Shown in pieces: positions 11,659-25,506 of a DNA stretch of 63,787 bases. Every line of letters starts with the position of its first letter. Position 1 is the stretch's first letter. The DNA comes from Octopus bimaculoides (taxonomy: Eukaryota): positions 19,657,321 through 19,721,107 of the forward strand of contig NC_069005.1 in NCBI RefSeq assembly GCF_001194135.2, written 5' to 3'. The position numbers were made by a program, and so were the translations under genes. The notes below the pieces were generated by a model. The model was not told the origin of the DNA. It searched no databases and saw only the letters and a program-made list of their open reading frames with translations.

Positions 11659-12499
11659 AAGATAGATATAAGATATCTGGTCTTTCTTGGGTCTTTTGGT
11701 TTCAACTTCAACTTAAATCTGATTAGCATGCTTTATCCAAGGCCATCTCTGCTGTGTGGTCTGTCAGCATGGTGTAAGTGATACTTATGTTGTGGAGTAT
11801 GGTTGAAGATTTAGGTCTTTCATTGAACATATTGAGTGATGCTCTGTGTGTGTGCATGTGTCTGTGTGCTTATTTATTGGCTACTAAGACAAAGATGTCT
11901 CAGGTCAACCTAATTCAGTAGACATATATAATCAAAGGTATTTCAACTGTGACTGCTTTTCCACCACCACAATCACACAACAATTTTTCCTGGCAGACTA
12001 CTTAGTTGGGTTATGTAAACTAATGTTTTTTTTTTCCTTTTTAAGTCAACAGGGTATGATTTGAGGGAGATTTAGCTACTATTTCTAAGAGATTGAACTA
12101 CCACACAAAGCAATAATGGGCAACCTGCAACTCGCAGCTCTTTCTGAATGGCTTGCTCCACCTGATGTTGAGCCATGTCTCATGCAGCCTGGTTCTAGGA
12201 AAGAGTTCCCCATGTTTGGTACTCTTAATTGATTTACATTCTGAGTTGTTATTGCTGTTTAGCCCCAGATCAGACCTGATCAATTAAAGTTTTGGTCAAA
12301 GACTCTCCAGTCGTGACCATTCCTCTTTAATTCACTGCATCAAGGACTATGTTATCCAGTGTATCCTTTTAAAACTTGAGTCACTTTTGTAAATTTCTGC
12401 TGATTAAAAATAATGATAATAATAAATATGTATGTACTCATGTATTGAGTTTTATTAATCCTGTTCCTTGACACACCTACAATAAATATAAGCATTATG

Positions 12500-12725
12500 C
12501 ATATATATATATATATATATATTCTTGTTTCAGTCATTTCACTGTGGCCATGCTGGAGCACAGTGTTTAGTTGAATGAATTGACCCCCCAGAACATATTC
12601 TTTGTAAGCCTAGTACTTATTCTTTTGGTTTCTTTTGCCACACCACTAAGTTTACGGGGATGTAAACACACCAATATAGGCTGTCAAGTGATGGCAGGGG
12701 TACAAACACAGACAGACAGACATAT
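12500..12725 (-). mobile_element. SINE family A, 3' half, running into a gap
   Basis: CTTGTTTCAGTCATTT...CATGCTGGAGCAC...GTAAACACACCA, ending in the internal microsatellite next to N10. Confidence 0.75.
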
Positions 12726-12735
12726 NNNNNNNNNN

Positions 12736-14142
12736 AAATAACTGATAATTCTAATTTAATACTTCGTAGCATAACCATTATTCAGTTCCATTTCAACCAA
12801 TCTCTTCTTGTAGTTCTTAATCAATGACTCGCATGTTTCTTTAGGAATTTTCCCCCATTCTTCTTGACAAATTTTCTTCAAATCTAGAATGCACATTGGG
12901 GTTCTTGAATGAGTTTTAATTTTCTAATAACGCCACAAATTTTCAATGGGGTTCAAGTCAGGTGACTGGCTTGGCCATTCTAATAATTTCATATTGTGAT
13001 TGACAATCCATTTTTGGTAGACTTTGCCATGTGCTTAGGGTTGTTATCATGTTGTAAAACCCACCCTTCACAAAGCTGGAGCTTTTCTACAGAGTCCCAT
13101 AAATTATTGTTCAAAATATTTTGGTACATCTCTGCATTCATTCTACCATCTATCACATGTAAATTGCCAGTACCATTTGCAGAGAAACACCCCTACACAA
13201 TGATGTTGCCACCTCCAAACTTTACAGTAGGAATTGTGTTTCTCGGCGAATAGGTGGTACCATCTTTCCTCCAAACATGGCTATGCAAATTTCGTCCAAA
13301 CAATTAAATTTTCTACTCATCTGTCCAAAGAACATTTTCCCAGAATGTATCAGATTTATCTTTATGTTAATAAACAAATTTTAAACAGACATCTCTATGT
13401 CTTTTAGTCAACAGTGGAGTTTTTCTAGGAGAGCATGACTTCAGTTCATTCCTGTGAAGTTCATTGCTGATTGTTCATAGTGTAACACTAGTCCCTGAAG
13501 CTAACAAATCTTCTTGCAACTCCTTTCTGGTGATCATTGCGTTTTTTTCGATACTTCACTTCATTTTTCTTAAAGATCTAGGGGAAATCTTGTGTGGTGC
13601 ACTGGATCTTATTCTGTTTTCAACAGTTCCCAATGTTTTATGTCTTTGAATAAATGAAGATATTGTAGAAAATGAAATACAAAAGGTCTCTGATATTTTC
13701 CTGTAACTTTTACCTGCTTTCCACTGTTCAATAATTAAGTTTTTCACTGAATTGGTGAGTTCTTTACTTTTCGCCATTACTATGACACTACTTTATGTTG
13801 TCTCAGTACTGAGTGAAGAAGCTAGCATTTTGACACTTAAAAATGACCACTGATAAGATTATTGGAACAAACGAGAAAGTTCTAGTAAAAAAAAAAATAT
13901 TTTAACAGTATTTTGTGGCATAGAAACTCATTAATTTATTCTGTATGAATACTTTTTTTTACCTTTAAATATTTGTAATTGTATATAAATTCATTAATTA
14001 CTATAATTTATTAGTTTCTTTTGCATATTCTTAGTTTATGCATGTGTATGCAAATATAGTATTGGTATATCCCATTTATGTTCATTAGAAATTAAATAAA
14101 TAAAGAATTTTGACATGTACGAATATTTATTTCCTCCCACTG
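12736..14142 (-). mobile_element. Tc1-family DNA transposon (one end lost in a gap)
   Basis: Contains the transposase pseudogene; the 5' TIR reads CAGTGGGAGGAAATAAATATTCGTAC on the minus strand starting at 14142. Confidence 0.9.
12756..13777 (-). pseudogene. Tc1 DD34E transposase, about 340 codons, several nonsense mutations and one frameshift
   Basis: MAKSKELT...YRKIS (HTH), [46 protein letters not shown]-terminal NGYATKY*. Confidence 0.92.
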
Positions 14143-14152
14143 TGTGTGTGTG

Positions 14153-14216
<64 letters not shown>

Positions 14217-14866
14217 GAATAAAAAGCTTTGAATGGTACAACAATGCACTATAATACAAAAAATAGACTATATACCTGTTGTAATTTAGTTATCTATAGT
14301 CTGATGATATTTTGGAATACAATTCCTTCTTCAGATGTTCTTAGATGGAGTCTCTGCTATAAACTGTTTTCCCACGGCTTTTCTTTTTTTCGGAAGCGTC
14401 TCAGTAGTGGTCTCATGAAGCTCCTTCCAGAAATCCTCATGTGAAGTGTGTGAGGTCGGCTATGTTTCAATCTTGTGTGTGTCGGTACATCTGTAGCGCT
14501 GTTGAATGCACAATAGCCCAGTGGATAGGGCAGTGGACTCATGGTTGTAGGATCATGGTTTCGATTCCCAAACCAGGCGTTGTGAGTGTTTATTGAGCAA
14601 AAACACCTAAAGCTCCACAAGGCTCTGGCAAGGGGTGGTGGAAAACTCTGCTGTACTCTTTTACCACAACTTTCTCTCACTCTTGTTTCTGTTGTACCTG
14701 TATTTCAAAGGGCCAGCATTGTCATACTATGTGACATGCTGAATCTCCTCAAGAATTACGTTAAGGGTACATGTGTACTCAGACACTTGCATGTTAATTT
14801 CACAAGCAGGCTGCTCCGTTGATTGGATTAACTGGAACTCTCATCGTCATAACTGACAGAGTACCA

Positions 14867-14889
<23 letters not shown>

Positions 14890-14897
<8 letters not shown>

Positions 14898-15052
14898 CTG
14901 ATAGAAAAGGTAAGACAACAAAAGAAAGAAAGAGACCTTGATATTATGTAAATAGAGGAATTTATCTGTAAATAATATGACAATTATTTGGTAGCCATGA
15001 TAAAACTCCGAGTTTCAGATGCCAGGGTGGAAACCCATGCCGCCATCTCTTC
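14890..15052 (-). mobile_element. inverted Penelope pLTR-like segment with degenerate hammerhead
   Basis: Minus strand reads TTGAAGA-GATG...CATC-T-GAAAC-TCGGA-GTT. It directly abuts the GIY-YIG fragment in opposite orientation, the arrangement typical of PLE 5' inversions. Confidence 0.5.
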
Positions 15053-15070
15053 AAATATATAGTTTTGACG

Positions 15071-15393
15071 AAGAAATACTTGGGTCTGACAGAGGGTAAT
15101 TTCAAGGCCAGATTCAACAATCACATCTTGAGCTTCAGGCACTGGGATAAAAGGAAAACGACCAAATTATCCAGTCAATATATGGTCCTTAAAAGATAAA
15201 GGTGTCAGTTACAGCATCCACTGGAAGATCTTAGCCAAGTGCAAACCCTACACCAACGGCAGCGGAAAGTGCAGCCTTTGTGATATGGAAAGATGGCTTA
15301 TCTGGAAAGGCAGCTTAGACCACACCACATGCCTAAATTCAAGAACTGAATTTTTCTGATCATGTCCACATGTGGCTAAATATTTGTTATGTT
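15071..15393 (+). pseudogene. Penelope-like element GIY-YIG endonuclease, C-terminal fragment
   Basis: KKYLGLTEGNFKARFNNHILSF...IWSLKDKGVSYSIHWKILAKCKPYTNGSGKCSLC...LNSRTEFF*SCPH; one frameshift and one stop. Confidence 0.85.
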
Positions 15394-15762
15394 TTTGGTC
15401 CCCCTGAGATTACTAATAGGACTTGCATTCTATATTGCGTCTATGTACAAGCTTTTTATCTCTCTATACATTTTACTTATATTTCATATATATTTTTTAT
15501 ATTTTTTTACATATTTATAGAGATTTTGTTTTATATATTTTTTACACATTTTTTTACACATAGTTTTTCTGTATTCTACCTTCCACCCTGCTTTTTTCCT
15601 GTGCGTATATAGACGTGTGTGCGCGTGCATGCGAGAATGTGCGCATATAGACGTGTTTTACCCTTATGGCCTTTTTACACTTTTTTCTGTATTTTGCATA
15701 CATACATACATATATATATGTATGTATACATATATATATGCTGCCCTAACTCTTCGAAACGT

Positions 15763-16886
15763 TTAGTTTTAGAATGGTAGCAGCTGATGAAGGAAATGTT
15801 CTCTATGTGGCCTGTGAGTTTTCTGTACTCTGTTTATCATTTTGTCCACGTTTTTTTGCAACGTCCTGTACCCAGATATGCATCTATATATACATGTAGA
15901 TGTAGGTATGTACATATATGTACGTATATGTGCATATACTCATTTATTATTTGTATTATATATAGATATATGTATGTATATATATATATATNNNNNNNNN
16001 NNNNNNNNNNNNNNNNNNNNNNNNNNNNNNNNNNNNNNNNNNNNNNNNNNNNNNNNNNNNNNNNNNNNNNNNNNNNNNNNNNNNNNNNNNNNNNNNNNNN
16101 NNNNNNNNNNNNNNNNNNNNNNNNNNNNNNNNNNNNNNNNNNNNNNNNNNNNNNNNNNNNNNNNNNNNNNNNNNNNNNNNNNNNNNNNNNNNNNNNNNNN
16201 NNNNNNNNNNNNNNNNNNNNNNNNNNNNNNNNNNNNNNNNNNNNNNNNNNNNNNNNNNNNNNNNNNNNNNNNNNNNNNNNNNNNNNNNNNNNNNNNNNNN
16301 NNNNNNNNNNNNNNNNNNNNNNNNNNNNNNNNNNNNNNNNNNNNNNNNNNNNNNNNNNNNNNNNNNNNNNNNNNNNNNNNNNNNNNNNNNNNNNNNNNNN
16401 NNNNNNNNNNNNNNNNNNNNNNNNNNNNNNNNNNNNNNNNNNNNNNNNNNNNNNNNNNNNNNNNNNNNNNNNNNNNNNNNNNNNNNNNNNNNNNNNNNNN
16501 NNNNNNNNNNNNNNNNNNNNNNNNNNNNNNNNNNNNNNNNNNNNNNNNNNNNNNNNNNNNNNNNNNNNNNNNNNNNNNNNNNNNNNNNNNNNNNNNNNNN
16601 NNNNNNNNNNNNNNNNNNNNNNNNNNNNNNNNNNNNNNNNNNNNNNNNNNNNNNNNNNNNNNNNNNNNNNNNNNNNNNNNNNNNNNNNNNNNNNNNNNNN
16701 TTAGTTTTAGAATGGTAGCAGCTGATGAAGGAAATGTTCTCTATGTGGCCTGTGAGTTTTCTGTACTCTGTTTATCATTTTGTCCACGTTTTTTTGCAAC
16801 GTCCTGTACCCAGATATGCATCTATATATACATGTAGATGTAGGTATGTACATATATGTACGTATATGTGCATATACTCATTTATT
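15763..16886. repeat. apparently identical 186-bp direct repeat flanking a 709-N gap (15763-15948 / 16701-16886)
   Basis: I saw no differences between the copies by eye; the unit contains CTGATGAAGG and lies 3' of the Penelope fragment. Confidence 0.85.
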
Positions 16887-17074
16887 GTGATTTTAATTAT
16901 TAACTTTTCTATATGTGATAGTGGATTTTCATTGATGAGTTCTTGATAATTGGTTATTTTCCCTAAAACTATATATTTTATATATACTTTATCTATAAGG
17001 CTCAATTTAATTTTAATTTTTTATAAATTGATTTTAATTGAGTTTTTTGCCTGTAATTTTGGATTTTGTCCCTA

Positions 17075-17110
<36 letters not shown>

Positions 17111-17509
17111 TCATCATCATTTAATGTCTGACTTCCATGTTGGCATCTGCGTATATATGCACATATGTATATGCATATGTATTCATATGTGCACATGCAC
17201 TAACACACTAATGACTGCATCAGTGTATCAACCAAACTATTGGCTGTTGTTATATGCTGCTTGCCTCAATGCACTTCCTCGAATTGTTGTAGCTTTCAGA
17301 TGATGCCACCCCTGGCAAAAAGTCAACATTCCTCCCGAACAGATGATGCTAGTCCATTGCAAAGTTACTCATTTACAGCTGAATGGAGTGGAGGAACTTG
17401 GAAGGAAGTGTCTTGTTCAAGAACACAGTACACTGCCGAGTCTGAGGACCGAAACTACAATCTTGGCATAATGAGTGTGTCTCCCTAACCACTTAGCCAA
17501 GCATTTTCC

Positions 17510-17596
<87 letters not shown>

Positions 17597-18157
17597 TGTG
17601 TGTGTGTGTGTGCGTGCTGCATGTATCACTGTATTTATCAATCTTGGATCATGAAAAATGAAAATAGAGAAAATTTTAAATTTTCTCTTAAATAAGGTTG
17701 CATTTCTTAATTGTCATCTCTGACCTTTGACACCTAAGTTAATTGTACAATTAATAAGCTACAGCTTACTTCTGTGACCTTCAACACTAATGTTTCATTC
17801 GAACTATTCTCCTTCAGCAAGTTTATTTTCCTTCTTCCTTTGATGTTCTTACTTTTGATGTATATGGTACATTTTGATGTATATAGTTGCAAAGTTTGAA
17901 GTTGTTAATGACCAGGTCATTCGTGTTGGGATTTGAAGACTAAAAGAGGTTCTGAAGTGGTTTCTTGAATGTTAAGAGTGTTAAATGAAGAAATAAATAA
18001 GATATTAATGGTGAATGTAAGAAATTAAGGAAAGACAGGAAAGCTATAAATCAGTGGGAATTTGTTGCTGCTGCTGCAATTGCTACAACCACTACCACTG
18101 CTGCTGCTGTTGTTTTTTAGCCCAAGCTCAGCTCTGATCTAGGTTAGCAAACCTATA

Positions 18158-18457
18158 AAGAAAGGTTGGTGAAGTGGCAGGGACGGATTACTCTAAGCAG
18201 GTGCCTGTAGGCTGAGGAGTACAGAGGAGTGGGGAGCACTTCCCATAGTACACCTGGTGAGTGGGGTGGCTTAGGATATGTGGTGCTCTTTCGTTCACCC
18301 TGGGTGGTATTTCCTCTCTATTGGAGATTTTGTTAAAATGGTTTTGCAGATTGTTATTCTTTTCTTTTGTTTACACATTATTATGTAAATCTTCACTATC
18401 CTTTGTCTTTCTATTGTCCTAAATGTTCTCACAACCCTTGTGGTCAATAAAGAAGGA

Positions 18458-18516
<59 letters not shown>
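18158..18516 (+). mobile_element. 3' end of an L1/Tx1-clade LINE with (ATT)n tail
   Basis: GAAAGGTTGGTGAAGTGGCAGGGACGG resembles the ORF2 end at 20484-20512. The 3' UTR ends CCCTTGTGGTCAATAAAGAAGGA (18435-18457), followed by about 19 ATT units. Confidence 0.6.
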
Positions 18517-20533
18517 GGATTGTGAACACACCCTCCAATAGTCAGAAGGACAGAACATATGTCTCCCCACAGAAATAGGGTCAGTGATCTCCTTCATTCT
18601 CCTTCTCTCTGGCAAACATGGCCTTGCTCACAATAGGCAGTGTAAATGCATGTGGCCTGGCATTGTTTTAGAAACAGGGCCATCTACTCAATGACCTCAG
18701 GTCACTAAGTTTAGATGTGGTGGCTCTTAGTGAAACCAGACTCTCTTATGCCCATTGTTGGTGGATAAGAGATTTACTTATCTTCCTGGGAATGAGGGAG
18801 GGGTAGAACTGCTGTGTTGTTTTGGAGAAGTCTGGATTTGAAGATAAGCACTATCTTCCTGGAACCAGATATAAACTATAGCAACAAGGGTGCCTTCAGC
18901 CTGGTTCCTGCTTATGCTCTGACAGGGGCAGTACAACCAGATGTCTTCAGATGTCTGGAGGTTTTCCTGAGAATGTCTTGACTTTTAGTGCTAATGGGTG
19001 ACTGGAACACCACTTTAGATGCCCTTTTGGTTTGTGTAGGATTAGATATTACAAGAGCAGGGTGCAAAACCCTTGCAAACCTGCTCAGATGTTTTCAACT
19101 GTCTGACAGGTACCGACTGGGTTTCTTGAATGTGCCAGGGTGGATATGGATGAACCACATCGAGTAATCTCGGTCATATCTATATAGAGTATTTCGTAGG
19201 CTGGTAAGTTGTCTACTTTTTAAAATTGTCGGTTACACAGATTACAAATTTGTGATCTGCACAGTTGACTTAGATAGGCTTCATAGGCAGGGACCCAGTT
19301 ACTGGAGGCTCAATGTGTCACTCCCAGCATGCCATGCTGACAGAGACCAGATTAGTTAATTAGTTAAGTGGGCATTAATAAGGTAAATCATCAACATCAA
19401 ATGGTGGTTTGCTCTGAAAAGAGCAATTAGAGTAGAATCGATTAGGTTTAGTAAGTCATTAGTGATAGAAATGAATAGAATAGAGGGCAACTTAGAAACT
19501 TAGAAGAGGTGCTTTGGAAAGGCATCACGACTGACTTGCTGCCAGCAAGGATGGCTCTGGACTAATTCTTCAACACTGAGTATGAAGGATGCGTTGTCAT
19601 AGCTAAAGCTCTATGAAATGATGGAAGAGGGGCTGTTCAATAGGCTCAAGTGGTAGAGGTGCAACTTGGCAACAAAACCACTATTTAGTCTTTGGTGGAC
19701 CAAAATGGCACATGGTACTTGAGCCCAAGCAGATGTGTGTGGCATTTCAGTAGCACTTTGCCCAACTATTTGGAATGAGTGGCAGGCTGGAACACAAGAT
19801 GGACTTTAGTGCCTACCTTGATGGCGAACAAGTGTGGTCACTGTTTGTTTGTTGGACAGGATTTTCCATAACTCGTCTCTTTGACGGAGCTGTAGTCCTG
19901 GGTCATACACAGATGAAGACAGGGTTCCTGACACCTAGGGTGTCATCAGGGGCTCACAGTCCTCTGTCAGTTGGCCAGTAGAAGTTCAACTCTGGTGTTC
20001 TATAGAGGGTTTGTGGCAGGCAAGTGCAATGACGTTCTGGGAGAGACTCTGGACGCCGATGAGAATCAACTGGCTGCTCCGTTCCAGAGGACTTTTAGAA
20101 TGGGGCCTGTGGATAATTTCCAGAAATCTTGGCCTGGCAGTGCTACCAGGAGCCATTACTGATTCAAGGAGCCATTGCTGGTTCAACTCTATAGCTATGA
20201 AGTGCCATCAGCTGGGCTTGCTTGAGATGCAGGCAAAGTGATGAAATTGTTGTGCATGCTCTTGTTCAGTGCCTGAGCACTGCTGACTTGTGGGTTTATG
20301 TTGAACACTGGCTGTCATGTGTAGGATGGATCTAGCTATTGTTTGAGTTGATGGTGGACCAGATTGAAAGGACTGAAGACAGATACTTTGCCCTTTGGCC
20401 AAGCCCTCGTCAACTTTTTCAAGTTTCACTTCAAAATGAAAGTGAGGGTAGAGAGGGAAGTTCTACCTCCCAACAATTTTGTTGAAAGATGAGTGAATGT
20501 TGCAAAGATGGCCTTGTGCCTTCAGTAGAAAGG
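18517..20533 (+). mobile_element. L1/Tx1-clade LINE, internally deleted (endonuclease and C-terminal region present, RT core absent)
   Basis: From ATG 18618: MALLTIGSVNACGL...LNDLRSLSLDVVALSETRL and LVLMGDWNTTLD (APE endonuclease); near 20230-20300 a DE.VVHALVQC zf-RVT-like motif; many stops and frameshifts. Confidence 0.8.
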
Positions 20534-20560
20534 ATTATTATTATTATTATTGTTGTTGTT

Positions 20561-23396
<2,836 letters not shown>

Positions 23397-23879
23397 AAAT
23401 GGGAACCTGAATTCTGTAATTCCAGTCTCTGGTGATTTACTAGGAATAAATCACATTAACATCTGGCCAATATTAGGAAGAAATCCAGTTGTTTTTCTTT
23501 TTCTTTTACTTTTTGGCGAGAGTTCTACAATAGTTTTTATTATTATTATTATTGCATCTTGTTACTAAGGCTGTGGTTGTAATTGTTGTTACTGTCTGCT
23601 TTAGTCTCTATGTCCAGTACCTGTTGTTGCTTTGCTTCAAATTCTTTTATTTATTTTACTGGTTTCGGTCATAGGACTGTGACCATGTTGGAGCACCTGG
23701 TACATATTTCTTTTTTTATAGATTGGAATCTGTCAGAATGCAGTTATTTCTTTTATGTAGTTATTTGTTTGTGTCGTTTCTTTGGCTTGTTTTTATTGTT
23801 TTCATTTTAGTTTTTTTTGTTTTTTTTTTGAGATAAACCTGAAAACCTGGCATATATAAGACAAATAGTTTTGACAATT

Positions 23880-24275
23880 CTTCATTCAGCTTCCATTCAG
23901 GATCTCTGCCACCTCCCTCTATCCACCTCCTGCCCTCCCTCTCCCTTCCCCTTCCCCCCTCTCCTTCCCTCTTCCCTCTTCCCTTCCTCTCTCTCTCACC
24001 TTCCCTTCTCCCTTTCCTCCTTCCTCTTTCCCTGTTCTCTATTCTTTTACCTTTTCACTCACAGTTTCGCTTCCCCTCCTCCCTCTTTGTTATTATTCCC
24101 CCTCCTCCCCTTGGCCAACTTTCTTATATTTCCATCTCTCTCTCCTCATTTCCCTTCTTTTCATTCACTCTTCACCCCTCATCTCTTTCTCTTCTGTATC
24201 TCCTCTTCCTGTTACTTCTTTCTATCAGTTCACCCCCTCCCTCTTCTTGTCTTCTTCTTCCTCACATCTCTGCAG
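23880..24275. repeat. about 400-bp polypyrimidine low-complexity tract
   Basis: Mostly C/T on the + strand. Similar tracts lie at 50350-50680 and 57920-58375. Confidence 0.85.
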
Positions 24276-24634
24276 ATAAATTTGTGTATTAGAAACTCCT
24301 GAAGATGATAATTTCTGTCAGCAGATTATTTTTGTTTCCGTCCAGGACATAGAAAGATCTGGAAAACAATCAACAGTGCATGAAACAGCCTAGTGTATGG
24401 GTGGGTCTCTTTCTGTTCTGTGTTTGTCCCAGCTACCACTTGACAACTGGTGTTGATTAACTTAAGAATGTAGGGAAAGAGACCAGAACCCCCCCCCCCC
24501 AAAAAAAAAAACTACCGGAGTAGATTTGTTTGACCAAATCCTTCATGACAGTACTTCAGCATGGCTGCAGTCTTTTTATTGAAACAAGATCCAGATGATG
24601 ATGATGATGATGATGATCATAATAATAATAATAA

Positions 24635-24855
24635 CAACAATATCATTAAGAAGAGTACTCAGAGAGCGTAAACCTCTGCCAACACAACACCAACATCCTC
24701 CCAACGATTAGCTGGAGATGATTTTTAAAATGAGAATATCTGAAATAAACTCAATTGCTCTCACAAACAAGAGAATCCGACCACTCTCAAAAATGAAGTA
24801 AAACAACTGGAAAAATAATCCAGAATCCTTGTCCAGTACCTGATTGATCCCAATG
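24635..24855 (+). mobile_element. second HINE-like copy, 3'-truncated
   Basis: Collinear with 10842-11065. Confidence 0.7.
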
Positions 24856-24934
24856 GTAGTCATGGAATGTGAATGTGGGTGTGTGGGCCGTGTTTGTAGT
24901 GGTGTGTGTGTGTCATCTGTAGTGTAAACAGGGA

Positions 24935-25050
24935 TGTTTTCTCTATGAAGGCCCTTTTTAATCTATCCACTGATATAGTGTCTTTATGACCATTAAGGTC
25001 TATAGTGAAAAATTTATCTGTGTGTGAAAGAAAACAGAAAGGACCTTTAT
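24935..25050 (-). pseudogene. Gypsy/Ty3 integrase C-terminal fragment
   Basis: KGPFCFLSHTDKFFTIDLNGHKDTISVDRLKRAF matches the GPF.V....../..S.DRLKP motif. Confidence 0.7.
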
Positions 25051-25071
25051 TCATTTTTGCAACAAGGTAAA

Positions 25072-25506
25072 AACGGTAACAGCAACATCGTATTGCCAGG
25101 AAATTGATTGTATGCATGAGAATTTGAAAAAGAAGCAACCCAGACTAGTGAATAGAGATGGCCTAATTTTGTTCCACGACAATGCATGTCCTCACACTTC
25201 TCAAGCTATGGTCCAAAAGTTGCAAAACCTGAATTATGCGATTTTGTAACATCCTCCCTGTTCCCTTGATGTCTCTCCTACTGATCATTTCTTATTTAAG
25301 CATTTTGAGCTTTTCATAAGCAATAAAGCATTCTTAAATAGAGAAAAGGTAATTGAAGCATTTGGACAGTTTATTACAGCAGAAACATTGGGTAAATGTC
25401 ATAAATGAACAGGGATCATACTTTCATTAAATAAATCAGTTCTCTAACACTTCTGAAACATTTTATTCTTACCTTTCAAATACATTTCATGTGAAACAAC
25501 CTAATA
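25072..25506 (+). pseudogene. mariner transposase C-terminal fragment with right TIR
   Basis: YCQEID..LILFHDNACPH..HPPCSLDVSPTDHFLFKHF; ends CAACCTAATA (mariner TIR end plus TA). Confidence 0.85.

Noticed and set aside
15763-15830. Complete hammerhead around CTGATGAAGG
   Set aside because: No GAAA follows a credible stem II, and the upstream GAAAC does not give a consistent type II fold.
15787-16837. Long ORFs of 150-390 aa in the ORF track (also 29103-30204, 31976-33224, 54651-55231, 58449-59127, 61113-62150, 62560-62914)
   Set aside because: They are open only because they run through N gaps (poly-X).
24276-24400. Exon after a very strong polypyrimidine tract and CTGCAG
   Set aside because: All three frames hit stops within 30 nt; the tract is general low-complexity DNA.
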